64,000 bases of DNA from Pseudomonadota bacterium (GTDB lineage Bacteria > Pseudomonadota > Gammaproteobacteria > Ga0077536), in NCBI GenBank assembly GCA_036158955.1, contig JAYYFI010000016.1, forward strand, positions 13,569-77,568. The letters run 5' to 3'. Below are positions 20,662 through 30,191 of this stretch, in pieces. The translations under genes were made by a program, and so were the position numbers. Below the pieces are notes generated by a model. That model saw only the letters and a list, made by a program, of their open reading frames with translations, ran no database searches and was not told the origin of the DNA. Position 1 is the first letter of the stretch. Each line of letters begins with the position of its first letter.

Positions 20662-21570
20662 ATGATTAGCAGGCTACTTGAAATTTACAGACTGCAACAG
20701 TGGTCATTGACCACTGCAGTTTATCTTTTAAGAAAATTTAAACTGAGTAATTCGGTGTCTCTCATAACGATATTTTGCGTTATTTTAATCCCTGTAACAC
20801 TCGTTTCTATCTCTAACAGCATTTTACATATTGTTCAAAAAGAGACCAGTCCCTACAGTTACTTTATCTTCAAAACAGATGCATTAAAAAAAGATATAGA
20901 ATCGTTCGTTGGAATCGCAAATGAGTTAGGGGAAATAAAAGTTGAAATACTTTCTCCCGAAACACTGAAAAATCAGTTCTTCGAATCATTAGGAATCTAC
21001 AGCGTTGATAGCGCTTTAGTATTTCCATATGCTGCCCAAGTAACATATCCGCCAAATATAGTATTGGAGGATTTTAAAAGTAATCATGAATTAATGTCTA
21101 ATAGACAAGTCATTAAAAGTGCCGAATCAAACCATCAGCTTATTACAAGGGCTAGAATAGTTGAAAAGGTCGCTATTGGGTTTATGGTTGTTACTCTCTT
21201 TATCATCAATATTTTTTGCACCTTGGTTTCATTTGTTTCGTCCAAGAATGTTTTGTTTTTGTATTCAACAGAAATTAAGGGGCTAATTTTAAGCGGTCTA
21301 ACATTAAATACTATAAGACGGCCAATTATCTTGTGTAGTGTTATTAATGGAATTCTGTTAGGGGTATGTTTGTATTCTGCTTCTATTTTTTTAGCGGTAA
21401 AGTCGAATTACTTTATAAACGAATACTTGTTTCTGCCAAATCAAAAGTTAAGTGATGAGGGCTACTCAGAAAGCCCATTAGTCTTCCTAGTTTTAATGAC
21501 AACACTATCCTTTATTCTTGGTTCCATCATTGCATCGAAGCAAATAAAAGCAAAAATAGTAATAGAATGA
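20662..21570 (+). CDS. ftsX: FtsX-like permease, divergent
   Basis: One TM, large periplasmic loop, then three TMs; EIKGLILSGLT...IRRP motif; synteny. Confidence 0.7.
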   Translation: MISRLLEIYRLQQWSLTTAVYLLRKFKLSNSVSLITIFCVILIPVTLVSISNSILHIVQKETSPYSYFIFKTDALKKDIESFVGIANELGEIKVEILSPETLKNQFFESLGIYSVDSALVFPYAAQVTYPPNIVLEDFKSNHELMSNRQVIKSAESNHQLITRARIVEKVAIGFMVVTLFIINIFCTLVSFVSSKNVLFLYSTEIKGLILSGLTLNTIRRPIILCSVINGILLGVCLYSASIFLAVKSNYFINEYLFLPNQKLSDEGYSESPLVFLVLMTTLSFILGSIIASKQIKAKIVIE

Positions 21571-21598
21571 TCTAAAAACTGATTTTGATCGAAATAAA

Positions 21599-21625
21599 GT
21601 AGCACTCTTCATAAAAGAGTGCTAA
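21599..21625. promoter_or_regulatory. CIRCE element 1 (HrcA operator)
   Basis: GTAGCACTC-TTCATAAAA-GAGTGCTAA against consensus TTAGCACTC-N9-GAGTGCTAA (1 mismatch). Confidence 0.9.
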
Positions 21626-21627
21626 TA

Positions 21628-21653
21628 TTAGCACTCGCACTGAAGAGTGCTAA
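21628..21653. promoter_or_regulatory. CIRCE element 2 (perfect arms, 8-nt spacer)
   Basis: TTAGCACTC-GCACTGAA-GAGTGCTAA, ending 21 nt before the rpoH ATG. Confidence 0.8.
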
Positions 21654-21674
21654 AAATATTACAAGGAAATTTAT

Positions 21675-22529
21675 ATGGAAACCATCTCGACCAACACTCC
21701 AACGTTCCCTATAGGATGCTTGGAGAGCTATAATAGATTTGTTTATACCATTCCCATACTGACAGAAAAAGAAGAACGGTCATTAGCCAAGGACTTTAGA
21801 ACCACTGGAAATTTAGATTCAGCCAGGAAACTAATCGTTAGTCACCTCAGACTTGTTGTAAGTATTGCAAAAAAATATAAAGGATACGGTCTACAAGAAA
21901 GCGATCTTATTCAAGAAGGCAACCTAGGCTTAATGAAGGCCGTTAAACGATTTGATCCGGAAAAAGGAGTCAGATTAGTCACTTTCGCGATGCATTGGAT
22001 CAAAGCAGAAATCAATGAATACGTCATTAGAAATTGGCGAATTGTAAAGGTAGCCACTACTAAAGCTCAAAGAAAACTATTTTTCAAATTAAAAGGGCTA
22101 ACACCAGGGACGGAAAAACTCCGAAACGAAGATATTGAGAGAATCTCTAACATACTCGAGGTGAACGAAAAAGACATTGCCATTATGGAAGAACGCATGA
22201 ATGCACCAGACAAATCTGTCGACACCGTCACTGATCCCATTACGCAAAACAACTATAGTGAGTTACCACAATTCGCAGATAGAAGTGATCCTCTGCTACT
22301 GCTTCAAGAATCTGAATCAAGTATGATGTTGAAAAATGGTTTAATCAAGGCTCTTTGGCGTCTGGAACGTCGCGAAAGATATATTATAGTGAATCGGTGG
22401 CTTACAAATAATAAAAAGACATTAAGTTTACTCAGCGACAAACTAGGTATTTCTTGCGAGAGGGTAAGGCAGATCGAAAAATCAGCTTTAAAAAAACTTA
22501 AAGATTATCTCGAATCGGCTTCCCACTAA
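21675..22529 (+). CDS. rpoH: Heat-shock sigma factor sigma-32
   Basis: DLIQEGNLGLMKAVKRFDP, RpoH box WRIVKVATTKAQRKLFF, ERVRQIE. Confidence 0.97.
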   Translation: METISTNTPTFPIGCLESYNRFVYTIPILTEKEERSLAKDFRTTGNLDSARKLIVSHLRLVVSIAKKYKGYGLQESDLIQEGNLGLMKAVKRFDPEKGVRLVTFAMHWIKAEINEYVIRNWRIVKVATTKAQRKLFFKLKGLTPGTEKLRNEDIERISNILEVNEKDIAIMEERMNAPDKSVDTVTDPITQNNYSELPQFADRSDPLLLLQESESSMMLKNGLIKALWRLERRERYIIVNRWLTNNKKTLSLLSDKLGISCERVRQIEKSALKKLKDYLESASH

Positions 22530-22534
22530 TAAAC

Positions 22535-23428
22535 TCAACCAAGATATTTATCAGCTATCAGCAAAATAAAAAGTGCTGCAAGATAAACGATAGAATACCT
22601 AAATGTAGACATCGCTAATTCATCAGAAGGCTCGATTTGCAACCTTACAGCCAGATATAGAAAATAGCTATTTAAAGCAATGGCTCCAACTAAATATTTC
22701 CATCCTGCCATGTAAACGGCATAAGGGAGGAGAGAAACACCAAATAACAAGATCGTGTATAAAAGTATTTGACGTAATGTGTATGGAACACCGTGTGTTA
22801 TCGGAAGCATCGGAATATTAGCTTTTTTATATTCGTTTCTTCTAGCGATTGCCAAGGCCCAAAAATGGGGAGGAGTCCAAGCAAATATAATCAAAAATAA
22901 TATCAAGGAATTTGGGTCAATATAACCCGTCATTGCCGTCCAGCCTAACACGGGGGGTGCTGCTCCCGCAGCTCCTCCTATCACAATATTCTGTGGAGTG
23001 GCATGTTTTAAAAACATAGTGTAAATGACCGCGTAACCTACCAACGAACAAAAAGTGAGAGTTGCTGTTAATACATTTACCTTAAATACTAATAAAAAAG
23101 AACCCAAAAAACACAAGGAGAAAGCAAAAATCAAAGCGATATTCTTGGTTAGTTCTCCCCTTGCAAGAGGCCTTTGACTTGTTCTGTCCATCAATGCATC
23201 AATTCTATATTCAGCCACATGATTAAAAGCTGCAGCAGAGGCAGCGTTTAAGAATATACCTATGGTTGCAAAAATTACCGTTGAAATCTGAATTGTTGCC
23301 TGGGGAGCTAGAAACATTCCGACAACTGCTGTAAGAACAATCAACGACACCACTCTAATTTTGCACAACTCCAAAAGATCTTTAATAAGGCATGATTTAT
23401 TTATTCTTAGTGCATTAGTTACCATCAT
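22535..23428 (-). CDS. cyoE: Protoheme IX farnesyltransferase (heme O synthase)
   Basis: IDALMDRT..RPL, YTMFLKHATPQNIVIGG, WTPPHFWAL. Confidence 0.95.
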   Translation of the reverse strand: MMVTNALRINKSCLIKDLLELCKIRVVSLIVLTAVVGMFLAPQATIQISTVIFATIGIFLNAASAAAFNHVAEYRIDALMDRTSQRPLARGELTKNIALIFAFSLCFLGSFLLVFKVNVLTATLTFCSLVGYAVIYTMFLKHATPQNIVIGGAAGAAPPVLGWTAMTGYIDPNSLILFLIIFAWTPPHFWALAIARRNEYKKANIPMLPITHGVPYTLRQILLYTILLFGVSLLPYAVYMAGWKYLVGAIALNSYFLYLAVRLQIEPSDELAMSTFRYSIVYLAALFILLIADKYLG

Positions 23429-24412
23429 TTAAGTCTCTTTATTACTCATTCTTACGGTCATAAAATACATCGTCAAAAGACCTAACAGTAAGAGTGCCGC
23501 CACTCCATTATGAGCGACAGCGACGTACAGCGGAAGGTTAGCCAAAATATTTGTTACCCCTAAACCGACTTGAACAATTAAGATCCCCAAAACCCCAAAA
23601 GCTATCATTTTAAACTTTCTCCCGCATGCAATTAGAGTATAAAGCAGGAGGCTTATTATGGCTAGAACTGTTATCACAGCCCACAATCTATGGACAAAAT
23701 GAATTGTTGTCCTGCTAACAGAATCTAGAACGCCGTACTCAAAGTTTTGGCCTACTCCTCTCCATAGAGTAAAGGCCTCTTTAAGATTTAGTTCAGGTAC
23801 TAGTACTCCTTGACATTTAGGTAAGTCAGTGCAAGCCAAAGCTGCATAGTTTGTACTTGTCCAACCCCCTAAAAATATTTGAACGGAGAGAATCGCCAAG
23901 CAGAGTATTATAAAAGGTCGGTAGTAAGGAGGAGTTGATGTTTCATGAGCTAACTCAAAATTATTCCTTAGAAACGACCACCATAATAAACTTAACGTCA
24001 TGAACCCACCAATTAGATGGCCTGTAACAATTAGTGGCTTCAATAACATTGTAACGGTTAGTAGCCCCAGAAACGCCTGAAATAATACCATCGGCAAGAG
24101 AATTGTTTCAGACGAGAATAGAGTTCTTTTACCCTCATTAACCCAATAATGAATAAATAGACCAAATATACCTAGGCCCAAAATACCGGCTAAATAACGG
24201 TGAACCATTTCCCTGTATGCTTTCCCGTAATCTGTGCCTGGAGCAAAACTAAAATTTGGATCATCCAGTTCACTAACCACTAACTTACCATAACAACCTG
24301 GCCAATCAGGGCAACCGAGGCCAGCATCTGTAAGCCGAACATAGGCTCCGTATAAAATCACGACGAAAGCTAGAAATACTAAAAATAGGCGACTAAGAGA
24401 TGCGTTGGTCAT
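23429..24412 (-). CDS. ctaA: Heme A synthase, COX15/CtaA family
   Basis: GLGCPDWPGC, EMVHRY, IHFVHR, VAHN. Confidence 0.92.
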   Translation of the reverse strand: MTNASLSRLFLVFLAFVVILYGAYVRLTDAGLGCPDWPGCYGKLVVSELDDPNFSFAPGTDYGKAYREMVHRYLAGILGLGIFGLFIHYWVNEGKRTLFSSETILLPMVLFQAFLGLLTVTMLLKPLIVTGHLIGGFMTLSLLWWSFLRNNFELAHETSTPPYYRPFIILCLAILSVQIFLGGWTSTNYAALACTDLPKCQGVLVPELNLKEAFTLWRGVGQNFEYGVLDSVSRTTIHFVHRLWAVITVLAIISLLLYTLIACGRKFKMIAFGVLGILIVQVGLGVTNILANLPLYVAVAHNGVAALLLLGLLTMYFMTVRMSNKET

Positions 24413-24996
24413 CTAATTCTCGAACCCCTTAATAATTTTGATATGTCTTTTTTGAAGCCATATTGGTCTACCTCAGGGTAGTAAAGCATCATATATCCCC
24501 TCCAATCAATCACGACTACCCCTCTCGAGGTATCATGATTCTTGGATAATTCAATGTTTTCAGACAAGATTTTCTTCAACTCTTCAAGCTCACTTCTACC
24601 TCCTACCAAAGTAACCAATTGTCCCAATTCCAATGTAGAATTAAATTTTGAAGTAAAAAGACCAATCTTTAATCTGTCACTGTCTTTGCCAAGTACTTTC
24701 TTGACATCTTGTAAAGCAGATATTTCATTTTGGCACTCTTCTTGACAGCCGCCTGGTTCGAAATAGAAGCTTATCCATTCGCTTGGAGCCAATCCGTTTT
24801 TTGTCAATGGTTTTAAACTCTCACTAGCGTTTAAATCAACGGCAGGCTCAATAATAGTACCGTATTGCTCAGTTGCTAGATCACGAGCCATTCCAGTATC
24901 TATAAGGACCTTCGCAATAATAATAGGTAATACAAATATCGCGACTAGAAAAGTCAACATGAGCCTTTTATGTTTTGAAGGTTTGTTTTGATCCAT
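24409..24996 (-). CDS. Membrane-anchored SCO-like/thioredoxin-fold oxidase assembly protein
   Basis: N-terminal TM, CQEEC (CxxxC), D.RG..ML.Y; usual position between SURF1 and ctaA. Confidence 0.65.
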   Translation of the reverse strand: MDQNKPSKHKRLMLTFLVAIFVLPIIIAKVLIDTGMARDLATEQYGTIIEPAVDLNASESLKPLTKNGLAPSEWISFYFEPGGCQEECQNEISALQDVKKVLGKDSDRLKIGLFTSKFNSTLELGQLVTLVGGRSELEELKKILSENIELSKNHDTSRGVVVIDWRGYMMLYYPEVDQYGFKKDISKLLRGSRIR

Positions 24997-25699
24997 TAGC
25001 AGCCTTTTTCCATATGTTAATTACTCCTATAACCAGCAAAACTAAAGCCATACAGAACCATTGTGTGGCATAAGCAAAATGCTTATGTTGCTTTGTAAAC
25101 TTATCATTTTTTACTAGATATGCATCAGGTTCATCCGAATGCAAATAAAATACACGGCTATCCAATTTTCTATCTAGTACATTTTCAAGTCTTATACGAT
25201 CTAGTTTTTGAATCCTGATCTTATCTTTTGCAAATACTTCAATCGTACTCTTGTCAAACATTCCTGAAATCCCACTATAAGGTGGTTCGTTTAAATAACC
25301 GGTAATTTTTTTTTCATCATAAGAAGTTTTCACATTTGGTAGTATTGATCTGTTAACCGATCCCTTTACCCACCCGCGAAGCACTAGGATAGTATTATTT
25401 CCATAAACAAAAGGCGTAATTAATTGATATCCAAATTGTCTTTCGTTTATTGAGTTATCCAGAAAAATATGCGGTGTAACAAACTTCCCTTCAACATAAA
25501 TTTTTTTCCAACTTGAGTTCTGATCTTTAAACACTTCAATAAGTGATTCAGGTGAAACGCTATCCCTGTTAAGATAAGAGTTAATGATTAACTCTTTTTG
25601 ACGCCCACGATCAATTTGCCAAAAACCTAAACTAACCAACACACTTACAGCAGTCAGAAGAGAAAGAGAATATAAAATAACTAGTCTTAATTTAATCAT
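24968..25699 (-). CDS. SURF1-family cytochrome oxidase assembly protein
   Basis: LGFWQIDR, LVLRGWV, HFAYATQWF. Confidence 0.92.
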   Translation of the reverse strand: MIKLRLVILYSLSLLTAVSVLVSLGFWQIDRGRQKELIINSYLNRDSVSPESLIEVFKDQNSSWKKIYVEGKFVTPHIFLDNSINERQFGYQLITPFVYGNNTILVLRGWVKGSVNRSILPNVKTSYDEKKITGYLNEPPYSGISGMFDKSTIEVFAKDKIRIQKLDRIRLENVLDRKLDSRVFYLHSDEPDAYLVKNDKFTKQHKHFAYATQWFCMALVLLVIGVINIWKKAANGSKQTFKT

Positions 25700-25738
25700 T
25701 ATTATTTAAGGCTTCATTAATAAAATTGAGGAATAAAA

Positions 25739-25951
25739 TTGTCAATTTATAAGTCGATAATCATATTAGTATTTGTATCAATAATAGTAGCTTTGATTTT
25801 TGGATTTTTGAACTTAATGAAAGAAGGTGGAAAACGTAATTCCTCTAAAACGGTTAGAGCTTTGACTGTCCGCGTAATATTATCATTTACTTTATTAGCG
25901 ATTATTGCGGTCTTTTACCTTCTCGGCCTGATCGGTCCAATGGAACGCTGA
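25739..25951 (+). CDS. Twin transmembrane helix small protein (DUF2909/HIG1-like)
   Basis: Two TMs, RALTVRVILS; GAGG RBS 7 nt before TTG; usual antisense position in cox clusters. Confidence 0.8.
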   Translation: MSIYKSIIILVFVSIIVALIFGFLNLMKEGGKRNSSKTVRALTVRVILSFTLLAIIAVFYLLGLIGPMER

Positions 25952-25963
25952 TTAGGATTAGCA

Positions 25964-26845
25964 TTAAATCCAGTAAACGAAAATGAATAGCCCTATCCAA
26001 ACAACGTCTACAAAATGCCAATACCAAGCTACCGCTTCAAAGGCAAAGTGATTTTTTGGTGTAAAGTGTCCTTTCATCGCTCTGAAAAGAATTACCGCCA
26101 ACATAATAGTACCCATCGAAACGTGAAATCCGTGAAACCCAGTTAGCATAAAAAAAGTTGCACCGTATATCCCTGAATTTAACGTTAAACCGAGATCCCC
26201 GTAAGCATGCATATATTCTTCTGCTTGCATTAAAACAAAGATAATCCCTAGTAAAACCGTTAACGAGAGACCAATAATAAGCTGCCTTCGGTCTTCTTTA
26301 ATCAAACCCCAGTGTGCCCATGTCACAGTACCTCCACTAGTAAGAAGGATCATTGTGTTCCAAAACGGAACTCCCCAAGCCCCGATCGTCTCTTTAAATT
26401 CGGTAAAACCGTACCCTGAAGGAGGACTTAACAATGGCCACGCAGACTTGAATTCTGGCCACAAAAATTCATTGGTTGCTTCTCCGGCACCTTCACCTCC
26501 AATCCATGGGACAGAATAAATTCTGGCGTAATATAAAGCCCCAAAAAAAGCCGCAAAAAACATAACCTCCGAAAAAATAAACCACAACATTCCCATTCGA
26601 AAACTAATATCTACCTGAGAGTTATACAAACCATTCTCTGACTCTCTTATCACAACACCAAACCATCCAACAAAGACCACTAAGAGTAACAAAAAGCCAA
26701 AAACTAGAACTGGAGAGCCGGTAGCCCCAAGATTAAAGGTCAAAGCGGCACCAAGAAAAATTACGAATAACGCTATTGTAGACACCAAAGGCCACCAGGA
26801 ACCTTCTGGCACGTAATACTTGTCGGGATTAGATGCTTGCGACAT
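25964..26845 (-). CDS. coxC: Cytochrome c oxidase subunit III
   Basis: WFIFSEVMFFAAFF, TGFHGFHV, AWYWHFVDVVW. Confidence 0.96.
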   Translation of the reverse strand: MSQASNPDKYYVPEGSWWPLVSTIALFVIFLGAALTFNLGATGSPVLVFGFLLLLVVFVGWFGVVIRESENGLYNSQVDISFRMGMLWFIFSEVMFFAAFFGALYYARIYSVPWIGGEGAGEATNEFLWPEFKSAWPLLSPPSGYGFTEFKETIGAWGVPFWNTMILLTSGGTVTWAHWGLIKEDRRQLIIGLSLTVLLGIIFVLMQAEEYMHAYGDLGLTLNSGIYGATFFMLTGFHGFHVSMGTIMLAVILFRAMKGHFTPKNHFAFEAVAWYWHFVDVVWIGLFIFVYWI

Positions 26846-26855
26846 TTATTCTCCT

Positions 26856-27407
26856 TTAAATTTTTTCTTCCGTTTTAAAAAATGTATAAGAAAGTGTGAC
26901 TACATCGACAGTATCAGGAATTTTTGAATCTACTACAAAAGCCACTGGCATTATCTTCGTTTGATTTGGATCGAGATTTTGAACAACAAAACAAAAACAA
27001 TCAGTTTTATTAAAGTACCTGGACGCTACCGAAGGTGCAACGCTCGGAACTGCGCTACCAGAGATGCTTGACTGGCTTAGATTTGTGGCTTCAAAATTAG
27101 TGAAGGTGAGTTTCCCCGGCCTCACAAACAACTCCTTTTCCAGTGCCTTAAACTTCCAAGGTAGTCCGACTGCAACATTTGTCACGAACTGGACCTTTAC
27201 CAGCCTATCGTCTTGAGGTTCTTCGGATGATTTTGCCTGTTGCTGACTAATTACACCCGTCTTACCATTCAGCCCAGTAACCTCACATAAGATATCATAA
27301 AGTGGAACAAGGCTAAATCCAAAGCCAAACATAATAGCGGCAGTAACCAATAATTTAACTGCAGTGCTATTAACACCCTTTCGATTTAAAATTTTCCGAT
27401 CCGTCAT
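26856..27407 (-). CDS. ctaG: Cytochrome c oxidase copper chaperone Cox11/CtaG
   Basis: VPLYDILCEVTGLNG, YFNKTDCFCF, LSYTFF. Confidence 0.94.
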   Translation of the reverse strand: MTDRKILNRKGVNSTAVKLLVTAAIMFGFGFSLVPLYDILCEVTGLNGKTGVISQQQAKSSEEPQDDRLVKVQFVTNVAVGLPWKFKALEKELFVRPGKLTFTNFEATNLSQSSISGSAVPSVAPSVASRYFNKTDCFCFVVQNLDPNQTKIMPVAFVVDSKIPDTVDVVTLSYTFFKTEEKI

Positions 27408-27410
27408 AAC

Positions 27411-27512
27411 CTATAACCTTGATAAGACAGTAACCACATAGACAGCTATAACAACCAGAACCAGTATACCAACTGTAATATTGATGGCCTTCTTTCTATC
27501 ACTCGAAGTCAT
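27411..27512 (-). CDS. Small single-TM protein (33 aa) in cox operon
   Basis: MTSSDRKKAINITVGILVLVVIAVYVVTVLSRL fills the coxA-ctaG gap; GGA upstream of ATG 27512. Confidence 0.6.
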   Translation of the reverse strand: MTSSDRKKAINITVGILVLVVIAVYVVTVLSRL

Positions 27513-27543
27513 ATCTGATAAAATTCCAATTAAACCGATATTT

Positions 27544-29145
27544 TTATCGAACCCCTCCCTCAATGGTCGAAGGATCTGGAGGGGTATCAAAACTGTGATA
27601 TGGTGCCGGTGAAGATAAGGTCCACTCCAGACCGTGAGCTCCATCCCATACTCTATCGCTTGCTTTTTTGCCTCCGCGGACACATTTTATTATGATATAA
27701 ACGAAAAGAAGTTGACTTAATCCATAAACCCATCCACCAATACTAGAAATCATATTGAATTCAGCGAATTGAACGGAATAATCTGGTATTCTTCTTGGCA
27801 TTCCAGCAAGGCCCAAAAAGTGCTGAGGAAAAAACAAAATGTTTACTGAGATTGTTGATAACCAAAAATGCCACTTGCCTAAAGTTTCGTCGTACATGTA
27901 TCCCGTCCACTTTGGCAGCCAAAAATATGTAGCAGCTATCAGAGAATAAACTGCCCCAGTAACCAACACATAATGGAAATGCGCCACTACAAAATAGGTA
28001 TCGTGATATTGGAAGTCGACCGGAGTAACACCTAACATGAGTCCGGAGAATCCCCCGATAGTGAACAGGATAACGAATCCCAAAGCAAACAACATAGGTG
28101 TTTCAAAAGTCATCGCACCCTTCCACATAGTAGCGACCCAGTTGAATACCTTCACTCCAGTAGGAACAGCAATCAGAATTGTCGTGTACATGAAAAATAA
28201 TTCACCAGCTAGAGGCATCCCAACTGTGAACATATGGTGAGCCCACACGATAAAAGATAGGAAAGCAATTGCAGCGACAGCATAAACCATCGATTGGTAG
28301 CCGAATAAAGGTTTTCTGGCGAAAGTTGGAATAATTGCCGAAACCACACCAAACGCCGGTAATATTAATATATAGACCTCTGGGTGACCGAAAAACCAAA
28401 AGATGTGCTGGAACATAACTGGATCGCCGCCACCAGCGGCACTAAAGAAAGAAGTTCCAAAGTATTTATCAGTTAACAGCATCGTCACTGCACCCGCTAA
28501 CACCGGCAAGGATGCTATTAGAAGAAACCCTGTAATAATCCAAGTCCAGACGAATAGAGGCAACTTTAATAAGGTCATACCTGGTGCCCTCATATTAAAA
28601 ACAGTTGCAAGTACGTTGATAGCTCCCCCTATAGACGATGCTCCTAAAAAGTGAACAGCAAAAATTAAAAAAGGAAAAGCAGCCCCTGTTTGCAAGACCA
28701 ACGGAGGATACATTGTCCAACCACCCGCAGGAGCACCTCCGGGTATAAACAGCGTAAGTAATAATAATGAAAAGGCGAAAGGTAGTATCCAAAAACTCCA
28801 ATTATTTAGTCTAGGTAGTGCCATATCTGGCGCACCAATCATCATCGGTATTAACCAGTTAGCAAACCCAGTCCAAGCTGGCATCACAACTCCAAATATC
28901 ATAATCAAAGCGTGCATGGTTACCATTGAGTTGTAGAATTGAGGATCTACGAACTGAAGTCCAGGTTGAAATAGCTCCAGCCTGATTATCATCGCCATTG
29001 CACCGCCTATGAAAAACATGACTAAAGAAAAGATCAGATACATAGACCCTATATCTTTATGATTCGTAGTTGTCAGCCATCGCGCCCATCCTGATGGAGC
29101 GTGATGCTCATGATGATCGGAATCTATATTCATCGAGTCAGCCAT
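27544..29145 (-). CDS. coxA: Cytochrome c oxidase subunit I (A1 type)
   Basis: TNHKDIG, FWFFGHPEVYI, VWAHHMF, HDTYFVVAHFHY, GMPRR. Confidence 0.98.
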   Translation of the reverse strand: MADSMNIDSDHHEHHAPSGWARWLTTTNHKDIGSMYLIFSLVMFFIGGAMAMIIRLELFQPGLQFVDPQFYNSMVTMHALIMIFGVVMPAWTGFANWLIPMMIGAPDMALPRLNNWSFWILPFAFSLLLLTLFIPGGAPAGGWTMYPPLVLQTGAAFPFLIFAVHFLGASSIGGAINVLATVFNMRAPGMTLLKLPLFVWTWIITGFLLIASLPVLAGAVTMLLTDKYFGTSFFSAAGGGDPVMFQHIFWFFGHPEVYILILPAFGVVSAIIPTFARKPLFGYQSMVYAVAAIAFLSFIVWAHHMFTVGMPLAGELFFMYTTILIAVPTGVKVFNWVATMWKGAMTFETPMLFALGFVILFTIGGFSGLMLGVTPVDFQYHDTYFVVAHFHYVLVTGAVYSLIAATYFWLPKWTGYMYDETLGKWHFWLSTISVNILFFPQHFLGLAGMPRRIPDYSVQFAEFNMISSIGGWVYGLSQLLFVYIIIKCVRGGKKASDRVWDGAHGLEWTLSSPAPYHSFDTPPDPSTIEGGVR

Positions 29146-29192
29146 TTAATTTATATCCTCTTATTTAAAGTTTTAATTATTCTGATTTTATA

Positions 29193-30032
29193 TTAATTTT
29201 TTGCGAGATTTGGAGTTTCGGTGTCATCTAGTTTTTGGGCTACCCAACTATCAAACTCATCCTTTTCAACAACCTTAATAACGATTGGCATAAAACCATG
29301 ATCTTTACCGCATAACTCCGCGCATTGTCCTCTGTATGTCCCCGTCTTTTCAATCTTGGCCCATGACTCATTTATAAAGCCGGGGATAGCGTCTCTCTTC
29401 CAGCCTAATGCAGGCACCCACCATGCATGGATAACATCGGCTGCAGTAGTTAAGAACCTAATTTTAGTGTCAACCGGAAGCACCACGACTTGATCTACTT
29501 CCAGTAAGTAGTTATCCACGCTCGATGGGTCGATACCGGAACCTCTTTGCCGTGCAAAATTACTTGATTCAGCAATTTTACTGTACATCGATACCCCGCT
29601 ATCCACATAATCATATTGCCACATCCACTGATAACCTGTAACTTTAACGGTCATCTCTGAGCCAGAAACGTCTTCCATTTTAATTAAAGCTTCAGTAGCC
29701 GGAACTGCAATTCCGACCAATATAAATAGGGGTATTACCGTCCAAATGGCTTCAACCACATGATTCTCATGCCAAGCTTCTGCTTGGGCGCCTTTAGATT
29801 TTCTAAAAGCATACATAGCGTAGAACATAGCGCCAAAGACACCAACGCCTATTATGGTCACTATGATCAAAACAATCATATGAAGGTCATATATGTCTTG
29901 ACTAAACGGAGTGACTCCCTTGGGAAGGTTTAAGCCCCATTTATTATCATTAACGTTCTCAACCTCAGATGCCAAAATAAAAGTTGGGAGTATGGTTATA
30001 CAAGTAATAATTAGCTTTTTAATTAGTATCAT
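29193..30032 (-). CDS. coxB: Cytochrome c oxidase subunit II (start uncertain)
   Basis: GYQWMWQY, DVIHAW, CuA motif CAELCGKDHGFM. Confidence 0.96.
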   Translation of the reverse strand: MILIKKLIITCITILPTFILASEVENVNDNKWGLNLPKGVTPFSQDIYDLHMIVLIIVTIIGVGVFGAMFYAMYAFRKSKGAQAEAWHENHVVEAIWTVIPLFILVGIAVPATEALIKMEDVSGSEMTVKVTGYQWMWQYDYVDSGVSMYSKIAESSNFARQRGSGIDPSSVDNYLLEVDQVVVLPVDTKIRFLTTAADVIHAWWVPALGWKRDAIPGFINESWAKIEKTGTYRGQCAELCGKDHGFMPIVIKVVEKDEFDSWVAQKLDDTETPNLAKN

Positions 30033-30191
30033 CTTTATTTGTTCCAAAAAACTGATTATAAACAGCCGGCTCTCCTTAACCCCCGACCCGAATAAATTTT
30101 TGTGTTTCCAATGTCACGTAATGTTATATACGTAGCTACTGCGAAAAGAAGCTATATATTACCATTAAACTGAGCTTATGGTAAAAAAATT

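Noticed and set aside
21599-21653. Repeat-spacer-repeat pattern as a mini-CRISPR or transposon end
   Set aside because: It matches the CIRCE consensus; no cas genes, transposase or further repeats are present.
27513-27683. Long 90-aa version of the ORF between coxA and ctaG
   Set aside because: The upstream part overlaps the coxA 3' end; only the last 33 codons look like a real TM microprotein.
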